Below the pieces are notes generated by a model, which was given only the letters and a program-made list of their open reading frames with translations, was not told the DNA's origin and did not search any database. Of a stretch of DNA of 64,000 bases, positions 51,058 to 59,004 are shown one piece after another. Origin of the DNA: Gemmatimonadales bacterium (GTDB taxonomy: Bacteria > Gemmatimonadota > Gemmatimonadetes > Gemmatimonadales > GWC2-71-9); the NCBI GenBank assembly GCA_036262935.1, contig DATAHW010000089.1, forward strand, positions 16,084 to 80,083, written 5' to 3'. Position 1 is the stretch's first letter. Each line of letters begins with the position of its first letter. A program made the position numbers and the translations under genes.

Positions 51058-53652
51058 TCATCGTGTCGCATCCGGGTGCCGTTCCAGCCGGAGTACGACA
51101 CCGTCGAGCACCCCTCCTTCGGGCGAGGGCTCCACCCGGAAGCGCACCGGAGTCTGGGCTGCCTTGAGCAGATCCAGTACCTCGTTCGGCACCGACACCT
51201 CGTACTCCCCCGGCCTGAGACCCGCGGCGTAAAACGCGCCGTCCGAGAAGGTCGTTACCCGCGTCGTCGCCCCGGAGCCCAGATGGCGCAGCAGGACCGA
51301 CACGCCACCCACGCCGGCGTCGTCGCCCAGGACGACCCGGCCCGCGGCTTCGCTGGCCGGGAGCATCGGGACATCCACCGCGTCGTACGAGTTCGGCCCG
51401 GGCACGAGTCGATACACCAGCGCCGCCGGCACCCAAAGCGGGTCTTCGAGCGAAAGGGTGTCCACCTCGACCGACGTGGCTTCGAAGGGCACCAAGTCCC
51501 ATGCCGAGTAGCGGCCCAGGGAATCGGTCGTGACCCCGCGCGAGCCCACCCGGAGCCGGACCCCCGCGAGTCCCGGCTCATCGGGCTCATGATGACCGTT
51601 CCCGTTGAGGTCCCGGAAGACCCGCCCCACCACGCGCGCCCGGCCGATCAGACGGCCGTTGCCGAACTCGAAGCGTCCGAGGTGGCGGTCATAGGTGGCC
51701 GATCCCTCGAGGAGATTGGTACCCTCGAGGCCGCTCTCCGCCGTCCAGCGGCTGCGGCTGGCGGCCCGCAGGGAGGGAAGATTGGTGGACAGCGCCACGT
51801 CCAGCGCGGGGCCGCGCTGCCCGCGCGACCAGCCGGTGCCGACGTCGAGCCGGACGGGGCCGGCGATCTGCCGGCCGACGCTCGCGGCGATCCGCGACAG
51901 CCCGGAGGTCTCGAGCGAGAGCTCGCCGCGGACATACAGCGACCGGAACACCGCCCCCGGCCCGCGGAGCACCAGATCGCCGGCCGCGTCCACCCCGATT
52001 TCGTCGGCGTCCTCGGCGGCGACAGTGTGCTGGTGATGCAGGCCGGTGACGAGCCGGAGCGCGGAGAACCTGGTCGTGAGCGCCAGCCGCTCGGCGTCGC
52101 TCGAGCCCACGGGCAGCGCGGCGTGCGAGAGCGCGAGCTGCAGATAACTGTTGCCCACGAGGGGGCGCGGCCGCCAGAACGCCACGACGTCGGTACGCGA
52201 GCGCTCGGATCCCGGCGTCACCAGCGGAGCCACGATGCCCGTGGCGAAGCGCGTGTGCTCGAGATCGAGGTGGAAGTCGGGGGTGGGGTCGAAGTCGACC
52301 CGCCCACGGAGTAGGCCGTGCGCGACAGCCTCGAGCGTGAGGCCGGTGGAGGTCGTGGCGGCGGCCGACACGAGCGCGTATGGGTGCCACAGATCCGGGA
52401 GCGAGTCCCGCCAGAAGTTGTCCGAGCCCGCCTCGGCGGTGAGCCAGCGCGAGATGCCGTAGCGCGCCGACAGCGAGAGCGCCCCCGCGCAGGGCTCGTC
52501 CTCGCAGGCGCCGGCGCTGGCCGCGTATTCGAACCGGCCCGCGGGCAGGCGATCGAAGGGCACCTGCACGGCGCGGCGCCGGTGAATGACCTCGCCATTC
52601 GGGCCGTAGGCCAGCACCTCGACCGCATTGGAGCCATACCGGAGCGGCACGTCCAGCGCGTACCGCCCCGCGCCGGTGGAGGGCGAGGAGCTCAGGAGCT
52701 GCTGGTCCTGGTACAGGTCCACTTCCCAGCCGTCGGGAACGGTCCCCTCCAGGAGCTCCTGGCCGAACGCGGCCGGCCTGAGGAACGGTGCGTTGGTGAG
52801 CTCGAATCCACGGACGGTGCGCCCCCGCCTCGCGCCCGGCACGATGTCGCCCACCCGGAACTGGCGGACCCAGCGGTTCGTGGGCCACGCGCCCGACCAG
52901 GACGAGCGGAAGTCGGTCGTGCCGCCCGTGGGCGACTGCTGCCCGAGATACTGCAGCTCGAGGCTACCGCCGAGCAGCTGGGCGCCGAGCCCGAGCTGCA
53001 CGAGCGAGGCATCCACGGGGTCGGTGAGCGAGCCGGTGTAGGCCCAGTCCAGTACCGCGCCGTCCGCCATGCGCCGGGGCCGGGACAGCGCGACCTCCCA
53101 CGGCGTGGAGTTCGGGAGACCCAGCAGCATGCGCCGGCGCTGCTCGCGGGCGAGCCGGCGGACCACGGGCAGATCCGCGGTGTGGCTGGCCACCAGAATC
53201 AATTCGCCGGGATCGGATTGGAACGTGATGTCGAGCGCGGCGCCGAGCGCGTCCGTGGTCGCGTACAGCTCGCCGCCGCTCCAGGTGAGGGTCGCCCGGG
53301 ATACGTGCCACGAGCTGTCGCCACGCGCCACGGTCCCCGAGTCGGTATCGAAGCCGAAGGACACGCGCCCCGGCTCGAGGACGCCCGAGAGCCGGTGCCC
53401 CGGCAGAATGGTGCCGGTCCGGACCTCCGCCAGCTCGAGCAGCCGCCGCACCGGAAGCAGAATTGTGGTGTCCCGGCCCAGCGCCGAGATCACCTCGACC
53501 GGGCCGCCATCGATGCGGAGCTGCAGCAGCACTTCGCTGGCGGAGGTGTCCGCCGCACTCGGCTGTTGCGCTGCGAGCAGGCGGGTGAAGAGCAGGAGCA
53601 GCCCGTTCGCCAGGACCACCGCCGCGAGGCGGCGCAGCGGAGGGCGGCGCAC
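51058..53652 (-). CDS. Usher-like outer-membrane protein (864 aa) with two C-terminal Cna-B/CarboxypepD_reg-like beta-sandwich domains (locus B)
   Basis: Signal peptide RLLAAQQ. An N-terminal soluble domain (LLQLRIDGGPVEVISALGRD..ILLPV..L) resembles usher N-domains. A large beta-rich middle region is followed by RVFRDLNGNGHHEPDEPGLAGVRL and GRVVLGDD..SVLL...TFSDGAFY..GLRPGEYEV. Confidence 0.6.
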   Translation of the reverse strand: MRRPPLRRLAAVVLANGLLLLFTRLLAAQQPSAADTSASEVLLQLRIDGGPVEVISALGRDTTILLPVRRLLELAEVRTGTILPGHRLSGVLEPGRVSFGFDTDSGTVARGDSSWHVSRATLTWSGGELYATTDALGAALDITFQSDPGELILVASHTADLPVVRRLAREQRRRMLLGLPNSTPWEVALSRPRRMADGAVLDWAYTGSLTDPVDASLVQLGLGAQLLGGSLELQYLGQQSPTGGTTDFRSSWSGAWPTNRWVRQFRVGDIVPGARRGRTVRGFELTNAPFLRPAAFGQELLEGTVPDGWEVDLYQDQQLLSSSPSTGAGRYALDVPLRYGSNAVEVLAYGPNGEVIHRRRAVQVPFDRLPAGRFEYAASAGACEDEPCAGALSLSARYGISRWLTAEAGSDNFWRDSLPDLWHPYALVSAAATTSTGLTLEAVAHGLLRGRVDFDPTPDFHLDLEHTRFATGIVAPLVTPGSERSRTDVVAFWRPRPLVGNSYLQLALSHAALPVGSSDAERLALTTRFSALRLVTGLHHQHTVAAEDADEIGVDAAGDLVLRGPGAVFRSLYVRGELSLETSGLSRIAASVGRQIAGPVRLDVGTGWSRGQRGPALDVALSTNLPSLRAASRSRWTAESGLEGTNLLEGSATYDRHLGRFEFGNGRLIGRARVVGRVFRDLNGNGHHEPDEPGLAGVRLRVGSRGVTTDSLGRYSAWDLVPFEATSVEVDTLSLEDPLWVPAALVYRLVPGPNSYDAVDVPMLPASEAAGRVVLGDDAGVGGVSVLLRHLGSGATTRVTTFSDGAFYAAGLRPGEYEVSVPNEVLDLLKAAQTPVRFRVEPSPEGGVLDGVVLRLERHPDATR

Positions 53653-53659
53653 GGGGGCC

Positions 53660-54205
53660 TCAGTTCCCGGTGTAGACGGCTGTCAGGGTGACGGTGCCGG
53701 TGTAGGTGCCGGCTCGCTGTCCCAGGGCCGGCGAGACCTTCCCGCCGATCCACACGTAATAGGTGTTCTGCGGTGGCGGATTGTTGCGGATGCGGATGAG
53801 GAGTGCCGTGCTCGGCGTGTACGCGGTGCAGTTGCTCTGCTGGTCCTGGTTGCGGTGGCATCCCATCCGGCCCGCGACCGGATCGTCCGCGAAGCTGATC
53901 GGCATCGAGAAGGCGCCGGTCTGGAGCACCGTGGGCAGCGCGAAGGTGACCCGCACCTCCGCGTTCTTGCTCCCGTGGATCACGAACTTGCCCGCCAGCG
54001 CGGTCTTCGGTGCCACCGTGCTGGGCGTGCCCGGCACTACCACTCCGAAGTTGAGGTTGTTAAGCTGGCCGACGGTGACCGCGGTATTGTCGATGCGGGC
54101 GGTCGCGAGCAGTGATGCGGTGGCCGCGGCCTGCGCATGCACGCGTGCCGGTCCGCCGAGGAGCGGGAGCGCGGCCAGGAGCAGGACGGCGGCGGGGCGG
54201 CCCAT
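53660..54205 (-). CDS. DUF4402/SCPU-like pilin subunit B3 (contains a Cys pair)
   Basis: Signal peptide ARVHAQA. Contains LNFGVVVPG, AEVRVTF.LPTVL and the C-terminal AGTYTGTVTLTAVYTGN. Confidence 0.65.
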   Translation of the reverse strand: MGRPAAVLLLAALPLLGGPARVHAQAAATASLLATARIDNTAVTVGQLNNLNFGVVVPGTPSTVAPKTALAGKFVIHGSKNAEVRVTFALPTVLQTGAFSMPISFADDPVAGRMGCHRNQDQQSNCTAYTPSTALLIRIRNNPPPQNTYYVWIGGKVSPALGQRAGTYTGTVTLTAVYTGN

Positions 54206-54208
54206 CGA

Positions 54209-55057
54209 TCAGCGCGTCTCGAGGTCCACCGTCCGGGTCACCGGGGCGGCGGGAAGGATGTTGCGCTGGTCGAGATCGCCTCGGGCGGTCGTGAGGCTCA
54301 TCAGGACGGTATAGCGTCCCGCGGGCACGCTGTCCAGCGGGAACACGTAGCGGCGGGCGAGCGAGTGATACACGGCGACGGGGGTTTCCCACTCGCCGCG
54401 AACGTGCTGCCCGGCGTCGAGCAGCCGATAGCCGAGGGTGCCGAGGTAGGCGGCGTTCCCCTGGCGCTCGGCACCGAACCACACGACCAGCGAGTCGCCC
54501 TCGCGCGACGCGCGGAAGTCGGTGACCGACACGCCGGTGTGGACCTCCCCCTTGCGGTAGGTGAGCGAAATGATCGTCCGCAGCTCGAGCGACAGCCCGG
54601 CCGAGACCCCGCTGTCCGCTCCGACCACAGCCACCTTCGACCCGCGCGAGGTCGCGATGATCCGGCTCCAGTACTCGCCGTCCGGCAGCCCTGCCGGCGG
54701 CGTGGCGAGAAGTCGCACCACCTGACGCTGCCCCGGGGCGAGCACCATTCGCTTCGGATAGGCCTTGATCCAGGCGGCCGCGGAGGGCTCGGTGGAGTCC
54801 GGCTGATCGATGAGGCGGATGAAGACGGTGCCGGTGGAATCGGTCGCCGGATAGCCGAACTTGAGCTCGATCGAAACCTCCTCGGGCTCGGTGCTGGTGT
54901 TGACCAGGAACACCTGGCCGGTCCGGCTTCGATGGTCCATGAAGACGGCGTGCGGAGCTACCAGAACGGCTCGCAGGAAGGCCGGCGAGAGCATCAGTGC
55001 CACGGCTGCGCAGGAGAGCGCATGCGCCAGGCGGGGTGGGCGGCGGTAGAGGCGCAT
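54209..55057 (-). CDS. PapD-like periplasmic pilus chaperone (locus B)
   Basis: ORF 54209..55519 trimmed to ATG 55057 (TGATG junction). LVAPHAVFMD....GQVFLVNTS.EP.EVSIELKF and AYPKRMVLAPGQRQVVRLL.....LPDGEYWSRI match the PapD-type strand pattern (I.P.R.......Q.L.V.N / P.lf.L.PG..Q..Ri....LP.D.E..f). Confidence 0.65.
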   Translation of the reverse strand: MRLYRRPPRLAHALSCAAVALMLSPAFLRAVLVAPHAVFMDHRSRTGQVFLVNTSTEPEEVSIELKFGYPATDSTGTVFIRLIDQPDSTEPSAAAWIKAYPKRMVLAPGQRQVVRLLATPPAGLPDGEYWSRIIATSRGSKVAVVGADSGVSAGLSLELRTIISLTYRKGEVHTGVSVTDFRASREGDSLVVWFGAERQGNAAYLGTLGYRLLDAGQHVRGEWETPVAVYHSLARRYVFPLDSVPAGRYTVLMSLTTARGDLDQRNILPAAPVTRTVDLETR

Positions 55058-55545
55058 CAGCTTCCCGTGTAGGCGATCGTGACGGTCACGGTGCCGGCGT
55101 AGGTGCCGGCGCTCTGTTTGGCGGCCGGGGTGGCCGTGCCGCCGAGGAAGAGGTACAGCCGCCCGTTTTCGCTCAGCGTGGTCACCAGCGGCGCCCGCGG
55201 ATCGAACGGGCTTGCGGTCGCGATGATGCCGTCCCGCGCGTAGCCGCCGTCCCCCGCGGTGAACTTGAGCGGCAGCTTCGCGCCGCCTGCGGCGGTCATC
55301 ACCGGCGGCAGTCCGAGATCGACGCGGACCTCGGTTCCCTTGGCGCCGCGGAGCTCGAACTGGCCCGCATGGAGCGCGTCGAATCGGCTGACGCTCGCGG
55401 GGGTCCCCGAAAACAAGGTGCCGAAGTCCAGCATCTGGCGGCTGAGCGCGCTGAGCGGCCGGCCGCCGGTGCCCTGGCCCCAGCTCGCGGTCGGCACCAG
55501 GCACTGCCCCGCGAGCCACCCGATCAACAGGACCGCGAACCTCAA
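55057..55545 (-). CDS. DUF4402/SCPU-like pilin subunit B2
   Basis: Signal peptide PTASWGQ. Contains LDFGTLF, TEVRVDL.LP and the C-terminal AGTYAGTVTVTIAYTGS. Confidence 0.65.
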   Translation of the reverse strand: MRFAVLLIGWLAGQCLVPTASWGQGTGGRPLSALSRQMLDFGTLFSGTPASVSRFDALHAGQFELRGAKGTEVRVDLGLPPVMTAAGGAKLPLKFTAGDGGYARDGIIATASPFDPRAPLVTTLSENGRLYLFLGGTATPAAKQSAGTYAGTVTVTIAYTGS

Positions 55546-55581
55546 TACGCTCCCTCCGACTGGCTCATACCCCCGAACGGC

Positions 55582-55616
55582 GACGCTGGCGGACCCACAT
55601 CGCGTCCGCCAGCGTC
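55582..55616 (-). terminator. Perfect 13-bp intercistronic hairpin after the first pilin gene (attenuator or stabiliser candidate)
   Basis: gacgctggcggac (55582-94), a 9-nt loop, then gtccgccagcgtc (55604-16), in the 105-nt gap between B1 and B2. Confidence 0.5.
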
Positions 55617-55650
55617 CGGAGAGACCTGCCCGTTCGCCGGGTGAGGACGT

Positions 55651-56178
55651 TCAGTTGCCCGTGTAGGCGGCGCTGAGCGTGATGGTGTTGGTATAGGTGC
55701 CCGCGGCCTGATTGGCCGCCGGGCTAACGGTACCGCCCAGGTAGATGCTGAGCAACCCGGTCGCATTGTTGAGCCGCGTGGTGCTGCCCGTCGCCGGGTC
55801 GAAGGCGGTGGCGCCGGCCCGGGTGCCCGCCACGTTGTAGGCCGCCGCGTTGGCGCCGTAGGTGAGGGGGATGTTGGCGCCCGGGCCGGTGAGGACCGCG
55901 GGCAACGTGGTGAAGCTCACGGTCACCTCGGCATTGGGCGAGCCGGTGAGACCCACTTCGCCGGAGGTCACGTCGCTCGGCAGGACCGTCCGGGCGATGC
56001 CGCCAAACGTCGCGCCGAAGTCGAGGTCCTGCACCTTCGCCGCGACCAGCGCCTGCTGCACCACGGCCGTCGCGGTGATGCTCGCGGTGGCCGGCGTGGC
56101 TTGGGCCTGCGCGGTGCTCATCGCGCCGGCGAGCATCAGAGCGGCGCCGGCAACGGCACCCTTCACGGACACGTTCAT
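55651..56178 (-). CDS. DUF4402/SCPU-like pilin subunit B1 (probably the major subunit)
   Basis: ATG 56178 with ggtggagagagcc SD. Signal peptide MSTAQAQA. Contains LDFGATF, AEVTVSFTTLPAVL and the C-terminal AGTYTNTITLSAAYTGN. ORF 55651..56373 trimmed. Confidence 0.7.
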   Translation of the reverse strand: MNVSVKGAVAGAALMLAGAMSTAQAQATPATASITATAVVQQALVAAKVQDLDFGATFGGIARTVLPSDVTSGEVGLTGSPNAEVTVSFTTLPAVLTGPGANIPLTYGANAAAYNVAGTRAGATAFDPATGSTTRLNNATGLLSIYLGGTVSPAANQAAGTYTNTITLSAAYTGN

Positions 56179-56254
56179 GGCTCTCTCCACCTGAGGGTTA
56201 AGGGCGGGCTGCCCGGGAGTGAATCGGGGGCGATCGCGTTGTCGGGCGGGCAGA

Positions 56255-56270
56255 CCAAGTTCTGTGCCAG
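56255..56270 (-). promoter_or_regulatory. Sigma-54-like -24/-12 element CTGGCAC-agaac-TTGG upstream of locus B
   Basis: Minus strand reads caCTGGCACagaacTTGGtctg, with the -12 region about 77 nt upstream of ATG 56178. The -12 is TTGG rather than TTGC. Confidence 0.4.
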
Positions 56271-56648
56271 TGGTGGAGAAGCCGCGGGCGTGCGGAATCG
56301 TGACGTCGGAAAATTTGACGCTTGGCTGGAGATCGAAGCCGCGAGCCGCCGGACGAGCCGATGCATCGTCCACCCGGTGAGCGTGGACCTGGGCGGGTCA
56401 TGCCCGCCGATGAAGCGCGCTTCCTCAGTCTGTTAACCCTGATGGGATAGCTGGTTACGCGGCGGGCTGCCGGGCCGGGGCCGCTCGGCGGGGGCGCGGC
56501 TGAATTCGGAGAGGGGCGTGGGACTGGCGGCCGGAACTTCGAGCTCGAGGTAGGGCGGCCCGCGCCACTCGGGAGTCGGACCACCGCGCTTTCGTTGGCA
56601 CACTCCTCTCCGCCTCAATCGCCTTCGTTCAAAATGCGGCGCCCAGCA

Positions 56649-57515
56649 TCACTCCGACTTGCCCGCCTGCCCCGGTCGCACCAGCCGCACCGTGCCCTGG
56701 AACGACTCCAGCGATACCTGCGCCCCGCCGCCGCCCAGCGTGAAGCTGAAGCGCTTGCCCTTCCGCGCATCCCGCAGAGTCACCGGCACCACCGATTCGA
56801 AATCGCCGTTGAACGTGCTCACCGTGAAACTCGCGCTGGTCTGCTCGGTAACCGCCACGGTCACGTCGCCGTTGTGGCTCGAGAGCTCGTAGCGTCCGCC
56901 GCTCCGGATCGGCCCGTCGTAGCCGAGATCCCCGTTCACGGTGGTGGCTTCGAGGCTCGTGGCATCGACCCGCTCGAGCACGATCTCGCCGTTGACGGTC
57001 TCCGCCACGATGTCGCCGGTGGCGTCGGAAACGTTCACATCGTCGTTGACCGAGTGTACCTCGATCCTGCCCCTGGCGCCCTTCAGGCTCACGCTGCCCT
57101 CGACCGAGCTGAGTGAGACGAGCCCCTCACCGCCGGTCACGTCCACCGACCCCTGGACCGTCTCGACGTTCACCGGCCCGCGTGCCCCCTTCACGGTCAC
57201 ATCGGTGTACACGCCGGACAGGTCGAGTCCCATCCACGCAGGCGCCGTGATCCGGAGGTCCACCGCGGGCGCCGGGCCCCGGCGTCCTTCGGTCCGCACC
57301 CGCACGGTGCCGGCCGCCGTGACGACCTCGACCCCGCCGCGAGGGCCGGACTCGGCCTCCACTCGTACGGCATTCCGCGCCCAGGTGGTGACGTCGATGT
57401 CGCCGCCGTGCGAGTCCACGACCAGGCGCTGGCCCTGCTGTACCGGGACGGTGGTGTCGATCTGCTGCACGAGCGCGAGTGCCGCGAAGGCGACATGGGC
57501 CAGAGAGAAGAGCAC
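56649..57515 (-). CDS. DUF4097-type beta-helix (putative adhesin) protein, membrane-anchored
   Basis: GTG start with AAGGA SD. N-terminal anchor LAHVAFAALALV. Repetitive G.V.V....G.V.L.SV.G.V.L motifs match the DUF4097 pattern. Confidence 0.8.
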   Translation of the reverse strand: MLFSLAHVAFAALALVQQIDTTVPVQQGQRLVVDSHGGDIDVTTWARNAVRVEAESGPRGGVEVVTAAGTVRVRTEGRRGPAPAVDLRITAPAWMGLDLSGVYTDVTVKGARGPVNVETVQGSVDVTGGEGLVSLSSVEGSVSLKGARGRIEVHSVNDDVNVSDATGDIVAETVNGEIVLERVDATSLEATTVNGDLGYDGPIRSGGRYELSSHNGDVTVAVTEQTSASFTVSTFNGDFESVVPVTLRDARKGKRFSFTLGGGGAQVSLESFQGTVRLVRPGQAGKSE

Positions 57516-57527
57516 GATCGGGTCCTT

Positions 57528-58250
57528 TCAGCTCACAGAGGAGACGAGCGCGGCCGCCTGCCGCAGCAATTCGAGCTTCTGCCGCATCGTCTCGGCCAAG
57601 TGCGAATTCAGGTAGAGGTTCGCCGAGTCGGCGGCCACGGCGCGCTGCGCCTGGGCGAGCGCCCGGTCGATGGTGGCGAGGTTGCGCTCGATCACCCGCA
57701 CGGTCGTCGTGTCCAGGCGGCCCCGCCCCGCTTCCAGCACCCGCTCGAGATCCGCCACGGCGGCGTCATAGCCGACCACCGCGCCGCGCGGCTGCCTCGC
57801 AACGGCGAGGACGGCCTGGCTGTCGCCTTGACGGAGGCCGTCCAGCGGCTGTCCGGCGGGCCGGGGAGCCGACACGGGAGCGAGCGGCCGTGAGGCGAGC
57901 GGCCGTGAAGCGAGCGGCAGCATGGCAGCCGGATGCAGCAGCCACGCGGCGCCGCCCGACAGCGCCATGAGCGCGATCCCCGCCGCGGCGAGCTGAGGGA
58001 GCGAGAAGCTCCAACGGCGTACCTCGCGGCGTGGGGCCGCCCCGATCCGGGCCGCGATCGCGGGCCACAGATCGCGCTCGGGCCCGCGATCCTCGAGCCC
58101 CTGCGCGCGGGCCACGATCCGCTTGAGGTCGGCGAGCACGGCGCCGCACGCCACACAGTGCCTGAGGTGCATCTCCAGCTCGGCGCGCTCGTCGTCAGGG
58201 AGCTCGCCGTCGAGGTACTCGGAGAGTCGGTCGGTCCACTGGTCGCTCAT
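57528..58250 (-). CDS. Anti-sigma factor, zf-HC2 type, single TM
   Basis: N-terminus [28 protein letters not shown] (H-x3-C-x2-C). Mid-protein [24 protein letters not shown]. Confidence 0.88.
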   Translation of the reverse strand: MSDQWTDRLSEYLDGELPDDERAELEMHLRHCVACGAVLADLKRIVARAQGLEDRGPERDLWPAIAARIGAAPRREVRRWSFSLPQLAAAGIALMALSGGAAWLLHPAAMLPLASRPLASRPLAPVSAPRPAGQPLDGLRQGDSQAVLAVARQPRGAVVGYDAAVADLERVLEAGRGRLDTTTVRVIERNLATIDRALAQAQRAVAADSANLYLNSHLAETMRQKLELLRQAAALVSSVS

Positions 58251-58260
58251 ATTGCCTTCC

Positions 58261-58833
58261 TCACCGCTCGAGATGCTGCCTGAGGGCCATCCGTGCCCGA
58301 TGCAACTGGGACTTCGAGGTGCCGGTCGCGAGGCCCAGCATACGGGCGATCTCCTCGTGCCGGTATCCTTCCACGTCGTGAAGCACGAACACCTGCCGGG
58401 CTCCGTCGGGGAGCCGCTCGACCGCCGTCTCGAAATCCATCGAGATTTCCGGCGTGGTTCGGCGGCCGGGAACCAGCTCCAGGACCGCGTCGCCCTCGAC
58501 GTGGCGCTTCCGGCGGACGCCCACCGTCTCGCGCCGGCCGAGGATCACGTTGACGGCGAGGCGGTGAAGCCAGGTCCCGAACGCCGCCTCGCCGCGGAAG
58601 GTGCCCAGCTTCTGCCAGGCACGAACGAAGACGTCCTGGATCACGTCGTCCGCGTCGTCGTCTCCCATCATCCGGCGCACCAGGCTGGCGACCCGGTTGA
58701 GATGTCCCCGGTACAGCCGCTCGAAGGCGTGCGCGTCCCCGCTGGCGGCCAAGGTGGCGTCCACCGCGTCCGGGTCGGTCCTGCCGCTCGCCTCGTGCTG
58801 CAGCGTCGTTGCTCCAGTCCCTGGTGGGGTCAT
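58261..58833 (-). CDS. ECF (sigma-70 family group IV) RNA polymerase sigma factor
   Basis: Region 2 is [12 protein letters not shown]. Region 4 is [40 protein letters not shown] trimmed to M34. Confidence 0.9.
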   Translation of the reverse strand: MTPPGTGATTLQHEASGRTDPDAVDATLAASGDAHAFERLYRGHLNRVASLVRRMMGDDDADDVIQDVFVRAWQKLGTFRGEAAFGTWLHRLAVNVILGRRETVGVRRKRHVEGDAVLELVPGRRTTPEISMDFETAVERLPDGARQVFVLHDVEGYRHEEIARMLGLATGTSKSQLHRARMALRQHLER

Positions 58834-58880
58834 CGCGGGGGGTTGGATCGGACTGTGGCTCAAAAGGTTGCAGAAAAGAT

Positions 58881-58988
58881 GGAAGGACGGAAGGACGGAA
58901 AGGCGGAACGCGGGAAACCCCGAAGGCCGCAACGCAGCCCGTGCCTAAGGTGGCCCCCCTTTCCGTCCTTCCGTCCTTCCGTCCTTCC
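58881..58988. repeat. Composite hairpin built from ggaaggac octamer units
   Basis: ggaaggacggaaggacggaaagg (58881-58903) is the exact reverse complement of cctttccgtccttccgtccttcc (58958-58980), with one extra gtccttcc unit to 58988 and a 54-nt spacer. It sits in the divergent ECF-sigma/hutU intergenic region. Confidence 0.9.
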
Positions 58989-59004
58989 GCCCAGATTCCG
59001 CCCC

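Noticed and set aside
56198-56618. ORFs 56198..56584 - (128 aa) and 56433..56618 - (61 aa) in the long spacer upstream of pilin B1
   Set aside because: Their composition is P/R/S/G-rich. They have no SD, signal peptide or motif, and they overlap the predicted promoter. I treat them as noncoding pending conservation data.
58834-58880. ECF-type autoregulatory promoter (tgCAACC-N15-CGATcc on the minus strand) upstream of the sigma gene
   Set aside because: It is only a loose AAC...CGA resemblance. The same pattern is not found upstream of the pilus loci, and I cannot score it without the ECF group consensus.
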